Origin: an uncultured Poribacteria bacterium
Lineage (GTDB): Bacteria; Poribacteria; WGA-4E; WGA-3G
NCBI GenBank assembly: GCA_951813565.1
Contig: OX638351.1
Span: 5,248,001 to 5,312,000, forward strand
Direction of reading: 5' to 3'
Length of the DNA: 64,000 nucleotides
The notes beneath the pieces are model-generated. The model had not been told where the DNA came from. It made no database searches and saw nothing but the letters and a program-made list of their open reading frames with translations. Positions 19,099 to 29,145 of this stretch are shown in pieces. The translations under genes and the position numbers were made by a program. Within the stretch, counting starts at the first letter, position 1; each line of letters starts with the position of its first letter.

Positions 19099-19893
19099 AT
19101 GAAAAATCGAAATTTAAACGCTTATTTACAAAATTCCCATCTTGTGCGTGGGAAAATTCTTTTTTATTGTATTATCGCTTGTATGTTTGCTACGCTAACG
19201 ATTTGGGTAGGTGGCGTAGACGCAGCAGACTCATTCGGTGACCCATTTGAAGGGGGTAAATTAAAAAATCCTGATTGGAAATGGCAAAACGAACCGCCTA
19301 AATGGGATGTCGGGGAAACCCGTGAGGATTTTCTATACATTGATAGTGAACCCAACCGGAATATATGGCAAGGGGATGCAAGTCATTTTCTTTATCAAGA
19401 AACTGAGGCTGACATGTTTGATGTAGAAACGCATTTTTTCGCTAAATGGGATACCAGTTCTGGTGTAAACGGACTTCTTGTAAAAAGTCCTGCTGATAAT
19501 AACTGGGTGACCATTAAATTTTGGTCGAGAGATGCCGCTAACAGAGGGCATATCCAGTACCAAACCAAAGGAGCCGGTTTAAGACCAGGTGGTGATATTG
19601 GATGGAAACCGGAATTTGGTGACACTGAGTTGTTTCTTAGGCTCAAGAAAAATGGTGATCAGTATTCTGCATGGTATAAAACCGAAGCAGATGGGGATTG
19701 GTTAGTAATCCACGAAAATGCGAACTTTGCCCTGACTCCACCGCTTTGGCTCGGAATCTATGCTGGTGTTGCGGATCCGACTGGTAATCTTGAGGTAGAA
19801 TACGAATACTTCAGAGATAATATGAATCCTTTCCCTGTTGAACCGGGCGGCAAAGCGACAACAACTTGGGGTGCAGTTAAAACCCGATATTGA
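19099..19893 (+). CDS. Tandem paralog of 18190 gene
   Basis: Long identical stretches with the 18190 protein; ends VEPGGKATTTWGAVKTRY. Confidence 0.75.
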   Translation: MKNRNLNAYLQNSHLVRGKILFYCIIACMFATLTIWVGGVDAADSFGDPFEGGKLKNPDWKWQNEPPKWDVGETREDFLYIDSEPNRNIWQGDASHFLYQETEADMFDVETHFFAKWDTSSGVNGLLVKSPADNNWVTIKFWSRDAANRGHIQYQTKGAGLRPGGDIGWKPEFGDTELFLRLKKNGDQYSAWYKTEADGDWLVIHENANFALTPPLWLGIYAGVADPTGNLEVEYEYFRDNMNPFPVEPGGKATTTWGAVKTRY

Positions 19894-19913
19894 TACGAAG
19901 GATGGTAGATGTA

Positions 19914-21797
19914 ATGCGATACAGTTTAATCATTTTTTTTTGTTTCTGTGTCGTTTCTCCCCTACTGGCTGAGACTTTCACAGATGTTAGTCAAGCGGCA
20001 GGGGTTCATCAACGAGAGATTCCGGTTGATGAAAATTCCGGGGCTTGGATGGGCCCCGGTGCTGCCGCTGTAGACTATGATAACGATGGCTGCTGGCTCG
20101 ACATCTTCGTCGTTGGAGATGGTGGTTTGCCTAACGCGCTTTACCACAACAATGCCGATGGGACATTCACGGATATTGCTGCCAAAGCAGGGGTTGCAGA
20201 CACGCCAAATGGGCGTGGATGTGTTTGGTTTGACTATAACAATGACGGTTGGCGCGATCTTTATGTAACCTGTGCAGGACCAAATTATCTCTTCATGAAT
20301 AATGGTGATTGTACCTTCACAGATGTAAGCGAAGAGGCAGGTGTCACAGATGCACAGCACGGCACAAGTGCCTCAATTGCCGATTATGACCACGACGGTT
20401 GGTTGGATATCTATGTTTCGAACTGGGGTCGTCCTGCTTCCCTTTTAGTTTTTGAACCTGCTCCAAGAATTAATGTGCTGTATCGGAACAAAGGGGATGG
20501 CACCTTTGAAGAGATAACGCAGGCAGCTGGGGTTGCTGATGATGGAATTGCATGGGGCGCTATCTTCTTTGATTACAATGGCGATACTTGGGCTGATTTG
20601 TTCGTAGCAAATGACCACGGTCCCGATAAACTTTATCGCAACAATAGAGATGGCACTTTCGAAGATGTTTCTGAACAATCTGGCATTGTTACGCTCATCA
20701 GAGGAAAACCGACTGGTGCGATGGGGCTTTGTGTTGGGGACTATGATAACGATGCCGATCTTGATCTTTTCGTTACAAACTACGATGAGGATCTGCTCTG
20801 GCGAAATAACGGTAATGGTACTTTTACAAATGTCGCTGAAAATGTTGGCGTTGCGAACGTAGGTGTAGGGTGGTACGCCACCTTCGTTGACTTTGACAAC
20901 GATGGATATCGTGACCTTTACGTTGTCAACGGTGATGTAGATAATTCACAAAAGACCAACCGTAACCGCCTCTATCATAATACCAAAGATGGAAAGTTTG
21001 TTGATCGCTCCGATGAACTCAACGCCACTGTTGATGCTGTCGCACGCGGTGCAACTTCTGGAGATTTTGATAACGATGGCGATGTTGATTTCTTTGTCGT
21101 CAATAACACTGGCAATACACTTCTTCTAAACGACCTTGATCCTCCATGGCGGAGCAATGAACATGCTACTCGGCGCAACTTAGCTAAGCATCAACGCCTC
21201 CAAATTCGTTTGCGTGGAACAAAGAGTAACCGCGATGGCATCGGCACACGGGTTGCTGTGAGAGTAAAGGACTTCGTTCAAACGCAAGAATTAATCTGCG
21301 GCACCGGTTTTCTCGGTAGCGACAGTTTAGATCTTGAATTTGGACTTGCAGGTGCTTCTCAAATCGATTCTATTACCCTTACGTGGCCATCAGGGATTAT
21401 TGATACCTATGAAGATATCTATGCATCAGACATGTTTATTTTTACTGAAGGAGAAATACAAAAGTTTGTTGTAGCGGTTGAACCAACAGGAAAACAGGCG
21501 ACAACATGGGGAAGGATAAAAACTGCTGAAGTTTTTCAAAACTATCCTAATCCGTTTAACCCTGAAACGTGGATTCCGTATAAACTTTTTGAATCCAGTG
21601 ATGTAAAATTTTCAATTTACTCTCAAAGTGGAGATTTAGTGCGAGAATTTAAACTTGAACAACAGTCGCGTGGGGAAAAGAAATTATACTGGGATGGGAA
21701 AAACGCTAATGGCGAAACTGTTGCCAGTGGAATCTATTTTTATCAGTTCAAGGCAGGCAATACCCAAAGTGTGCGCAAAATGTGGTTAATGAAGTAA
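19914..21797 (+). CDS. CRTAC1/FG-GAP protein + ASPIC/UnbV + TTWG motif + FlgD-Ig/T9SS-like C-terminus
   Basis: DYDNDG repeats, SNRDGIG, VEPTGKQATTWGRIK, QNYPNPFNPETWIPY...WDGKN...VASGIYFY. Confidence 0.88.
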   Translation: MRYSLIIFFCFCVVSPLLAETFTDVSQAAGVHQREIPVDENSGAWMGPGAAAVDYDNDGCWLDIFVVGDGGLPNALYHNNADGTFTDIAAKAGVADTPNGRGCVWFDYNNDGWRDLYVTCAGPNYLFMNNGDCTFTDVSEEAGVTDAQHGTSASIADYDHDGWLDIYVSNWGRPASLLVFEPAPRINVLYRNKGDGTFEEITQAAGVADDGIAWGAIFFDYNGDTWADLFVANDHGPDKLYRNNRDGTFEDVSEQSGIVTLIRGKPTGAMGLCVGDYDNDADLDLFVTNYDEDLLWRNNGNGTFTNVAENVGVANVGVGWYATFVDFDNDGYRDLYVVNGDVDNSQKTNRNRLYHNTKDGKFVDRSDELNATVDAVARGATSGDFDNDGDVDFFVVNNTGNTLLLNDLDPPWRSNEHATRRNLAKHQRLQIRLRGTKSNRDGIGTRVAVRVKDFVQTQELICGTGFLGSDSLDLEFGLAGASQIDSITLTWPSGIIDTYEDIYASDMFIFTEGEIQKFVVAVEPTGKQATTWGRIKTAEVFQNYPNPFNPETWIPYKLFESSDVKFSIYSQSGDLVREFKLEQQSRGEKKLYWDGKNANGETVASGIYFYQFKAGNTQSVRKMWLMK

Positions 21798-21911
21798 ATT
21801 TGATTTGGTCCGATAAAATATGAGGAGAGATAAAAATGGCTTTAATAATTGAACAGGGCGAGGTAAACAATGGTGGTCATGTTTTATCGAAGCCTTTGTT
21901 TTTGCATGGAG

Positions 21912-22839
21912 GGTATTGGTTAAATAATGATATTCATGTTTTCTATTCCGCTGAGTTTTAAAATGTCAAACACGTTGCCATTGACACGAAATCGTGCGAA
22001 CAAAGCAATCGTCAAATCCACCATTTCTATGCTTTTGGAAACAATAATGGACTTGCGCTTGAAGCGTCCGACCCAGTGGCGCATCCGACCATTGTTGCGT
22101 TCAATGCGATGCGTCTCCGCTTTGTCCTGAACATGTTGTGAGGCAGGTAGGACCGACTCATAGACCTGCCATTTGTCTGTGTAATATATCTTAGCATTGA
22201 GGGTTGAGAGTCTTGCCGTGAGTTTTTGGAGGGTTTGTTTATCACGCCCACCACATTCCCAGTCAATGAGGTATCTTGTGTTTCTGTCAAGTGCCTTCCA
22301 TATCCAAAGTTTGTTTTTCTTGTTCCCAATATAGTGCCACATCTCATCAAGTTCCAAGCAGACGGTGGTGCCAGGTGTGAGTGTTTGTTTCGGTGCCTGT
22401 TTTTTAGCAAAGGTGCGTATCCATTGAAGAACAGTTGTTACGTGGCATCCGACAAGTTTTGAGATAGCATTCATTGAGATGCCGTGGCAATATAAGAGAA
22501 CGGCGGGGGTTTTCTGTGCTTGTGGTTTCCCCCGGGGTGTTGTGCGCGTCCATTGATAACCGCAGTTTTTGCATTTATAGCGTTGTTTAGTTTTGACGAA
22601 CCCGTTTTTGACGAAGTGAGTGTGTTGACATCTTGGGCAATGCTTCATGGTATCCTCTATAGAGCAGCGAGTTTCTTTTCAATAAGGATACAGGTTTTAG
22701 GGACATCTGTCAATCAAAATCAGTTTGATTTTGATTGACAATTTTTGTCATAAGTGTTATCATTAACTCTAATTGAAATGTGATGCAGAGCGGTTCAGAG
22801 GGTACCCACTAATTACCGCATCATTATTTAACCAATACC
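21912..22839 (-). mobile_element. IS1-family insertion sequence
   Basis: Perfect TIRs GGTATTGGTTAAATAATGAT / ATCATTATTTAACCAATACC; no obvious TSD. Confidence 0.88.
21920..22648 (-). CDS. IS1-family transposase (single ORF)
   Basis: CPRC...KNG...QRYKCKNC zinc ribbon, HTH, ELDEMW, YTDKW, IERNN. Confidence 0.92.
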   Translation of the reverse strand: MKHCPRCQHTHFVKNGFVKTKQRYKCKNCGYQWTRTTPRGKPQAQKTPAVLLYCHGISMNAISKLVGCHVTTVLQWIRTFAKKQAPKQTLTPGTTVCLELDEMWHYIGNKKNKLWIWKALDRNTRYLIDWECGGRDKQTLQKLTARLSTLNAKIYYTDKWQVYESVLPASQHVQDKAETHRIERNNGRMRHWVGRFKRKSIIVSKSIEMVDLTIALFARFRVNGNVFDILKLSGIENMNIII

Positions 22840-22860
22840 CTCGTATTTTTGATTATATTA

Positions 22861-23012
22861 ACCTAAGTTGCTACGAACAAGATTTCAAGCTTGTAGACAT
22901 TGCTTTTTACTGAAAAACAAGGATTTCCAGCTAATTCTTATGCTTTCTTTTTTAAATCGGGGTTAGAAACCCCTCCTACAAGAGCATTCGCGATATAGGT
23001 AGCAACTTAGGT
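22861..23012. mobile_element. 152-bp MITE (ACCTAAGTTGC TIR)
   Basis: TIRs with 7-bp TSD TATATTA; colinear homolog of 11148-11300. Confidence 0.85.
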
Positions 23013-23056
23013 TATATTACTTGTGAATCCACACAATTAAAGGAGAAATTACTATT

Positions 23057-24937
23057 ATGAAATTGACACGATTTTTAATTTTAATGTTCTTTATTCTTTC
23101 AAGCCTATTTCTCACGCCTGCCTTTGCTGAGGAACCTTCTCAATGGCATTTACCTGACGGTGTCAAGGCACGCCTTGGGAAAGGAAATATAGAGAAAGTA
23201 AAGTTTTCTAAAGATGGCAAGCAATTAGCAATAGGTACTGGTATTGGAATTTGGATATATGATGCACATACATACCAAGAACTCGTTCTGCTAAACGCAA
23301 ATAAGGAACCTGTTGGTGCAGTAGCATATTCACCTGATGGTCAGGTACTTGCCACTGATGGTCCAGATGATACTATTCAGCTGTGGGATGCGAGTACTTT
23401 GCAGCGCAAAATGACGATCGTTGGACAACCTGGAGGTCCTACTTCCATTGCATTCAATTCGGATGGTCTCTTGCTCGCGAGTTCGAGTTGGAATGGACCT
23501 ATTCACTTGTGGGATGTCAAAACCGGTCAATCCAAAGCAACATTTGAGGGCGATACAAAAATGATTACGCATGTAGCTTTCAGTCCCGATGATAAGACTG
23601 TTGCCGCCTGTGGAATCGGTGGCGGAATTTTGCTATGGGATACCCAAACTACACAACTTTTGGCAACACTTGAGCTTCGACACGGTGTTGGCAGTCTTGC
23701 GTTCAGTCCTGACGGAAAAACACTTGCAGGTTTAAACGGTTATGAAATCTGGTTGTGGAATGTTTCTTCTGGACAGCACTTAGAAACTTTTGAAGGACAT
23801 AGGGGATTAGTAGAGTCTATAGCGTATAGTCCTGATGGAAAAACATTGGCGAGTGGGAGTTCTGACAGTACCATTCGTTTGTGGAATACTGAAAGCGGTC
23901 AGCTCAATACGATTCTTGAAGGGCATACCGATACTATAGTGACCTTAGATTTTAGTCCAGATGGTCGCACGCTTGCGAGTGGAAGTAAAGACGGAACAAT
24001 CCGCTTATGGGATTCACTATCTGGTAAACAAAAAGGTATTATTAAAGGGCATATCAGTTTTGTGCGAGATGTTGCTTTTAGTCCAGATGGTCGCACACTT
24101 GCCAGCTTTTCTAATTCAAGTGGTCCAGAGATTTGGCTTTGGGACGCTGTTTCCAAAAAACGTATCGCTGTTTTTCGTGAATCGGATGGTGATGTTAATG
24201 CAATTGCGTTCAGTCCTGACGGTAAGACGCTTGTGAATGTTAACAATAACGGAAAAATACGTTTATGGGATACAATCACTGGACAAGAACAACGCTATTT
24301 TGAATATCCTTCAAGGTTTGGGACTGGTAGAATTTATAAGTCCATTGCATATAGTCCTGATGGTAAGACGCTTGTGAGTGGAAGTATCGATGGTACAATT
24401 CGCTTATGGAATGTATCGGATGGGAAACTTCAGTCTACTTTTGAAGGGCATACAGATAGCGTCAATTTCATTAAATTTAGTCCAGACGGAAGTAAATTTG
24501 CGAGTGTAGGATCTGCTGAAACCATTGTGTTATGGACATCAGAAACCCGTTTTGGAAAAAACCTACGTCTTGCCACCCTCAAAGGACATACAAAGAGAAT
24601 TCGTGCGATTGCGTTCAGTCCTGATGGTCGCACACTTGCAAGTGGAAGTGACGATAGCACAATTATCTTGTGGAATGTGGAAACTGGACAACCTCAAGCT
24701 ACGCTCGAGGGGCATACTGAACCTGTTGCTTCTGTTGCATATTCTCCCAACAAAAGTATCATGGCGAGTGGAAGTAGAGATAGAACGATTCGTCTGTGGG
24801 ATGCGAAAACAGGAAAACATCAAGGGACACTCATAGGTCATACGAGAGAAGTTACTTCACTATCATTCAGTTCTGATGGTAACGTACTTGCAAGTGGAAG
24901 TTTGGAAGGTGCATTGCTTCTATGGGAAGTTAAATAA
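23057..24937 (+). CDS. Secreted WD40-repeat protein
   Basis: About 13-14 GH...FSPDGxTLASGS...IRLWD repeats; signal peptide then LPDGVKARLGKG. Confidence 0.95.
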   Translation: MKLTRFLILMFFILSSLFLTPAFAEEPSQWHLPDGVKARLGKGNIEKVKFSKDGKQLAIGTGIGIWIYDAHTYQELVLLNANKEPVGAVAYSPDGQVLATDGPDDTIQLWDASTLQRKMTIVGQPGGPTSIAFNSDGLLLASSSWNGPIHLWDVKTGQSKATFEGDTKMITHVAFSPDDKTVAACGIGGGILLWDTQTTQLLATLELRHGVGSLAFSPDGKTLAGLNGYEIWLWNVSSGQHLETFEGHRGLVESIAYSPDGKTLASGSSDSTIRLWNTESGQLNTILEGHTDTIVTLDFSPDGRTLASGSKDGTIRLWDSLSGKQKGIIKGHISFVRDVAFSPDGRTLASFSNSSGPEIWLWDAVSKKRIAVFRESDGDVNAIAFSPDGKTLVNVNNNGKIRLWDTITGQEQRYFEYPSRFGTGRIYKSIAYSPDGKTLVSGSIDGTIRLWNVSDGKLQSTFEGHTDSVNFIKFSPDGSKFASVGSAETIVLWTSETRFGKNLRLATLKGHTKRIRAIAFSPDGRTLASGSDDSTIILWNVETGQPQATLEGHTEPVASVAYSPNKSIMASGSRDRTIRLWDAKTGKHQGTLIGHTREVTSLSFSSDGNVLASGSLEGALLLWEVK

Positions 24938-25088
24938 AACCTCATTTTCATAGAAATTAAGTGGTTAGTGAATAATGGAAATTTTATTTGTATAGGATAG
25001 TTCTCTCTCGGAAATGACCAAGAAGATTCTTTGAGAAAAAGTGGTTTTGTTATAGGTTGGGTTTCTCGACAACCCAAATAGATAAAGT

Positions 25089-26028
25089 TAACGTGAGTTT
25101 GATAAATCCCGTAGGGAATCAACACCGAATGCGCCTATGGCATTCGGTGGGGTAGAACGGAAATGGACAATAAAAACAGACCGTAAAGAGAGGTTGTTGA
25201 CCCATTTGAGGACGATATTTCCGAAAAAATAAGTAAAATCCAACTCTTAGGACTGTCAAGACGGTTGAATTGTTGGGTTTCGCTTCGCTCTGCCCATAAA
25301 TCAACGCTATGAATGCCTTTATGGCATTCAGCGGGTGTCAATTTTAGGATATATCCTATTGTGGGAGCGAATCAACGCAGCATGCGAGTTTGGCATGCTG
25401 CCAAATCAACGCAGCATGCGAGTTTGGCATGCTGCCAAATCAACGCAGCATGCGAGTTTGGCATGCTGCCAAATCAACGCAGCATGCGAGTTTGGCATGC
25501 TGCCAAATCAACGCCAAATGCGCTTTTTGGCATTTGTCGGGTTTTCAACCCCGATATAACGGTTTGAGTCTCACAATATCGGGCTTAGAAAGCCCTCCCA
25601 CAAAAAAATCAGGCACTAAATTGACGCCTATGGGTTTCGCTTCGCTCTACCCAACGGACTATATTCAATTTAATTATCAAACTCACGTTACCCATAGGTG
25701 TCAATTTAAGACAACATCTATGTTTTTATGAACCTTTCTCAATACACATTATGATTGAGATTGTCCTACATTTAGCCCCAGCGGGGCGATATGTTTATAG
25801 CAACCGGTATTGACACTTCTTGAGCGCCGTAGGAGCGACATATAAGTTATATACATACCGCCTCTACGAGGCTCAAGAACCCAGCACAACGCCTTTTCTA
25901 TAAACATACCGCCTCTACGAGGCTATAACAAACGTTAAAAACGGATTCAATACCTTAAATTGACAGTTATGAGTTTCGCTTTGCTCTACCCTACATCTCT
26001 AGGCAATCTAATTATCAAACTCCCGTTA
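25089..26028. mobile_element. Composite nested MITE/REP cluster
   Basis: TAACGTGAGTTTGATAA / TTATCAAACTCACGTTA and (C)ATAGGTGTCAATTTAAG / CTTAAATTGACAGTTATG ends as at 2784-3348; 2+2 inverted REPs at ~25773-25925; several AATCAACGC modules. Confidence 0.7.
25370..25505 (+). repeat. 4 x 34-bp perfect tandem hairpin repeat
   Basis: AATCAACGCAGCATGCGAGTTTGGCATGCTGCCA starting at 25370, 25404, 25438 and 25472; a variant unit follows at 25506. Confidence 0.95.
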
Positions 26029-26068
26029 AAGTTATAGCCAATTCATTAACTGAAATTGTTGGGATATT

Positions 26069-27091
26069 ATGTTAACAACCTCAAACGTTCGCGTCGCTTT
26101 CTACGGATGCGGAAATTTTGCTAAAAATACCCGAATTCCGAACCTTTTACAGAACGACTCCGTTAATATAGTTGCAGTATGCGATAGTAATGTGAAAACG
26201 GCGCAGGAAACTGCCCAACATTTTAACATTCCACACGTCTACCATAGTGAGAATGGTGGCGCACACCAAATGCTTGGGACGCAAGAATTTGAAGTGTTAT
26301 ATTCCATCGTGCCAGCGTATGTGCGGACTGATGTTGAAGTAATCGCTGCAGAAAAAGGCGTCCACATTTTCAGTGAAAAACCGCAGGCAATTACAATGCA
26401 GGTGGCAAATCGCATTGATAAAGCGATTCGGAAAGCAGGCGTTATCAGTACTGTTGGATTCCGTGAACGGTATCGCCCTATTTTTCAGAAAGCACGTGAA
26501 TTTTTGGCTGACAAAAAGGTTGTGCATGTCCGTTTCCAAAGTTATGGTGGACTACCTGCTGCAGCGGACAGCAAAGCAAAAACGTGGTGGGCAGATATGG
26601 AGAAATCCGGTGGTCGTGCTCTTGACTGGGGTGTTCATGCAACAGATTATAGTCGTTTTATGACAGGATTGAACGTTGTTCGTGCGCAAGCGTTCTATTG
26701 TGAACGAGCAGAATATGCCACGCCTTTGTCGTGTAGTTTCAATTACTGCTTCAACAACGGTGCCACGATGATACTCAACTTTGTTTCTGCTGGAGCGAGT
26801 CCGAAAGATGAACCGTGGTTTACCGTTTTTTATGAAGGAGGTCACCTCACAATTTACCGATACGACAGGATTGAGGTGAACGGTGAGAAGATTTATCAGG
26901 CAGAAGAATTTAATCCGTGGTTAGAACAGGATAAAACTTTTATCCGTGCTGTTCAGACGGGAGATGCAAGCATATTGCAAAGTGATTATCACGATGGTCT
27001 TTTCTCTTTAGCACCTGTTCTGGCAGGTTGGGAATCTGCGCGACGCCAAGGTGAATGTTTTGAGATGGATTCGTTCATGGATGTTTCATAA
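26069..27091 (+). CDS. Gfo/Idh/MocA oxidoreductase
   Basis: GCGNFA Rossmann motif, HIFSEKP, GFRERY, GGRALDWGVH. Confidence 0.92.
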   Translation: MLTTSNVRVAFYGCGNFAKNTRIPNLLQNDSVNIVAVCDSNVKTAQETAQHFNIPHVYHSENGGAHQMLGTQEFEVLYSIVPAYVRTDVEVIAAEKGVHIFSEKPQAITMQVANRIDKAIRKAGVISTVGFRERYRPIFQKAREFLADKKVVHVRFQSYGGLPAAADSKAKTWWADMEKSGGRALDWGVHATDYSRFMTGLNVVRAQAFYCERAEYATPLSCSFNYCFNNGATMILNFVSAGASPKDEPWFTVFYEGGHLTIYRYDRIEVNGEKIYQAEEFNPWLEQDKTFIRAVQTGDASILQSDYHDGLFSLAPVLAGWESARRQGECFEMDSFMDVS

Positions 27092-27150
27092 AGCAATTAT
27101 ATTCATAAAACCACTCATTTCAGTAAAAATTTAATTTGGAGGATTAAAAT

Positions 27151-27366
27151 ATGGATGCAAAACTAAAAAAGATACAAATTACACCGATGAAGTTTGATAA
27201 AGACGGTGACGTCCAAAAAGAGGAATTCGCAACCATCACAATCGAAGTGCCGATGGATAGTGCTGGACAACGTGAAGCTATTGTTTCAGTGCTACAACTC
27301 CTGAGCAGGGAGTGGGTTGTTCTAAGCGTTGAAGGGAAAACACCTGGAGCAGTAGGTACAGCTTAG
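27151..27366 (+). CDS. Small hypothetical protein
   Basis: 71-aa ORF with GGGA RBS filling the gap between two co-oriented genes. Confidence 0.65.
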   Translation: MDAKLKKIQITPMKFDKDGDVQKEEFATITIEVPMDSAGQREAIVSVLQLLSREWVVLSVEGKTPGAVGTA

Positions 27367-27373
27367 GTTAATC

Positions 27374-28507
27374 ATGCAAAAAAAGTATCTCTTTACACCA
27401 GGTCCAACACCAATACCGCCAGAAGCATTGTTGGCAATGGCGCAACCGATTGACTATCATCGCAGTGAAGATGCTGTTGCGTTAATTAAAGACGTTTTAG
27501 AAAAACTCAAGCACGTTTTCCAAACAGAGAACGATGTGCTTTTCTTAACATCGTCTGGGACGGGTGCAATGGACGGCGCAGTGGCAAATCTGTTGTGCCG
27601 TAATGATAAAGTTTTAGTCATTCGGAGCGGCAAATTTGGTGAACGGTGGGCAGAAATCTGTGAGGCTTATGGTGTTGAGGTCATCCGTATTGATGTTACA
27701 TGGGGCGATTCAGTCGCACCAGAAGTAGTGGAAGCACAGTTAACTACTCACCCTGACATAAAAGCAGTTTTCGCTACACTGTGCGAAACATCAACCGGTG
27801 CTTTGCACGACATTGAAGTACTCGCGAGTTTGACGCAATCTACTCCAACACTACTTGTTGTTGATGCTGTCAGCGCACTTGGAGCAGATGATCTACAGAT
27901 GGACAATTGGGGAGTTGATGTTGTCGTTTCCTGTTCACAGAAAGGATTGATGACGCCTCCCGGTCTCGCTTTCGCTGCTCTTAATCATCGTGCGTGGGAA
28001 GCGACTGAACAGTCTGATCTACCGAAGTATTATCTCGATTTCCGAAAAGCACATCAACGCGGACTTGAAGGTTCAGTGCCTTACACCCCAGCAATTACGC
28101 TTCTTACGGCACTGCAATATGCCTTAAATCACATCTGCGCAGAGGGTATCCGCAATACTATCGCTCGCCATAACCGTATGGCTATTGCAACACGAAGTGC
28201 TCTTAAAGCGATTGGTCTCCCGCTATTCGCAACATCGCCAGCAAATACGTTAACATCAATTCGGTTGCCAAAAGAAATTGACGGCAAAGCGTTTGTTAAG
28301 ATGATGCGCGAAAAACATGGCATCACGTATGCTGGTGGACAAGGTAATTTGCGTGGAAAAATTGTTCGTATTGCACACCTCGGATGGATGAACGAAAACG
28401 ATGTTATCGTTGCTGTCTCTGCTTTTGAGAGGGGTTTAGCAGAGATCGGTTATGATATTTCACTTGGTGCAGGTGTTGCCGCCGCGCAAGAAGTTTTTTC
28501 ATTTTAA
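27374..28507 (+). CDS. Class V PLP aminotransferase (alanine-glyoxylate/serine-pyruvate family)
   Basis: LFTPGPT, SSGTGAM, ETSTG, VDAVS, SCSQKGLMTPPG, RIAHLG. Confidence 0.93.
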   Translation: MQKKYLFTPGPTPIPPEALLAMAQPIDYHRSEDAVALIKDVLEKLKHVFQTENDVLFLTSSGTGAMDGAVANLLCRNDKVLVIRSGKFGERWAEICEAYGVEVIRIDVTWGDSVAPEVVEAQLTTHPDIKAVFATLCETSTGALHDIEVLASLTQSTPTLLVVDAVSALGADDLQMDNWGVDVVVSCSQKGLMTPPGLAFAALNHRAWEATEQSDLPKYYLDFRKAHQRGLEGSVPYTPAITLLTALQYALNHICAEGIRNTIARHNRMAIATRSALKAIGLPLFATSPANTLTSIRLPKEIDGKAFVKMMREKHGITYAGGQGNLRGKIVRIAHLGWMNENDVIVAVSAFERGLAEIGYDISLGAGVAAAQEVFSF

Positions 28508-28510
28508 ACA

Positions 28511-28539
28511 TTGACAAAAAAGTGATTTCGGGTTAAAAT
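28511..28539 (+). promoter_or_regulatory. sigma70-type promoter
   Basis: TTGACA-17 bp-TAAAAT upstream of the methyltransferase/STT3 genes. Confidence 0.6.
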
Positions 28540-28578
28540 TTAAAAGTTTTTACAAGTATTTTAACTTTGTATTTCTTT

Positions 28579-29145
28579 ATGTTACACAGTGAGTTGGTTC
28601 CCAAGAAACCGGTGGATCGTTTACTTGAGTCCCTGCGTTTTGCAAAGGCGCGTCCACATATTCCCAAAGGTTCTCACCTCTTAGATGTTGGTGCTGGAGA
28701 TGGTGCCTTTTTGCGTACCCTCAATGGGCATGTTGCCTCTGCAATTGGTATTGATCCAACTCTGACTAAACCTATTGAATTCGACAGGTGCCACCTCATT
28801 CCCGGATATTTCCCACAAGACTTTGCTTATAGTGGTACGTTTGATGTCATTACTGTGCTGGCTACCGTTGAGCATATACCGACAGACAAACTCACAGCGG
28901 TAGCGGATGCTTGCTGGAAATACTTAAACCAGGGCGGCCGTGTCATTATCACTGCCCCCCATCCGCGCGTGGATAAAATATTGGAAGCCCTCAAGTTTTT
29001 TAAGATAATCAATGGACTTTCCTTAGAGGAACATCATGGATTCCATCCAAATGACCTTCCTAATATTTTCTCCCGCTGGACACTAATAAAAAAGGAGCGT
29101 TGGCAACTCGGATGCAATTACTTCTTCGTCTTTGGAAAACCTTAA
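28579..29145 (+). CDS. Class I SAM-dependent methyltransferase
   Basis: LLDVGAGDG, FDVITVLATVEH, LNQGGRVIITAP. Confidence 0.88.
   Translation: MLHSELVPKKPVDRLLESLRFAKARPHIPKGSHLLDVGAGDGAFLRTLNGHVASAIGIDPTLTKPIEFDRCHLIPGYFPQDFAYSGTFDVITVLATVEHIPTDKLTAVADACWKYLNQGGRVIITAPHPRVDKILEALKFFKIINGLSLEEHHGFHPNDLPNIFSRWTLIKKERWQLGCNYFFVFGKP

Noticed and set aside
25370..25540. CRISPR array
   Set aside because: The 34-bp palindromic units are directly adjacent with no unique spacers, and there are no cas genes in the window.
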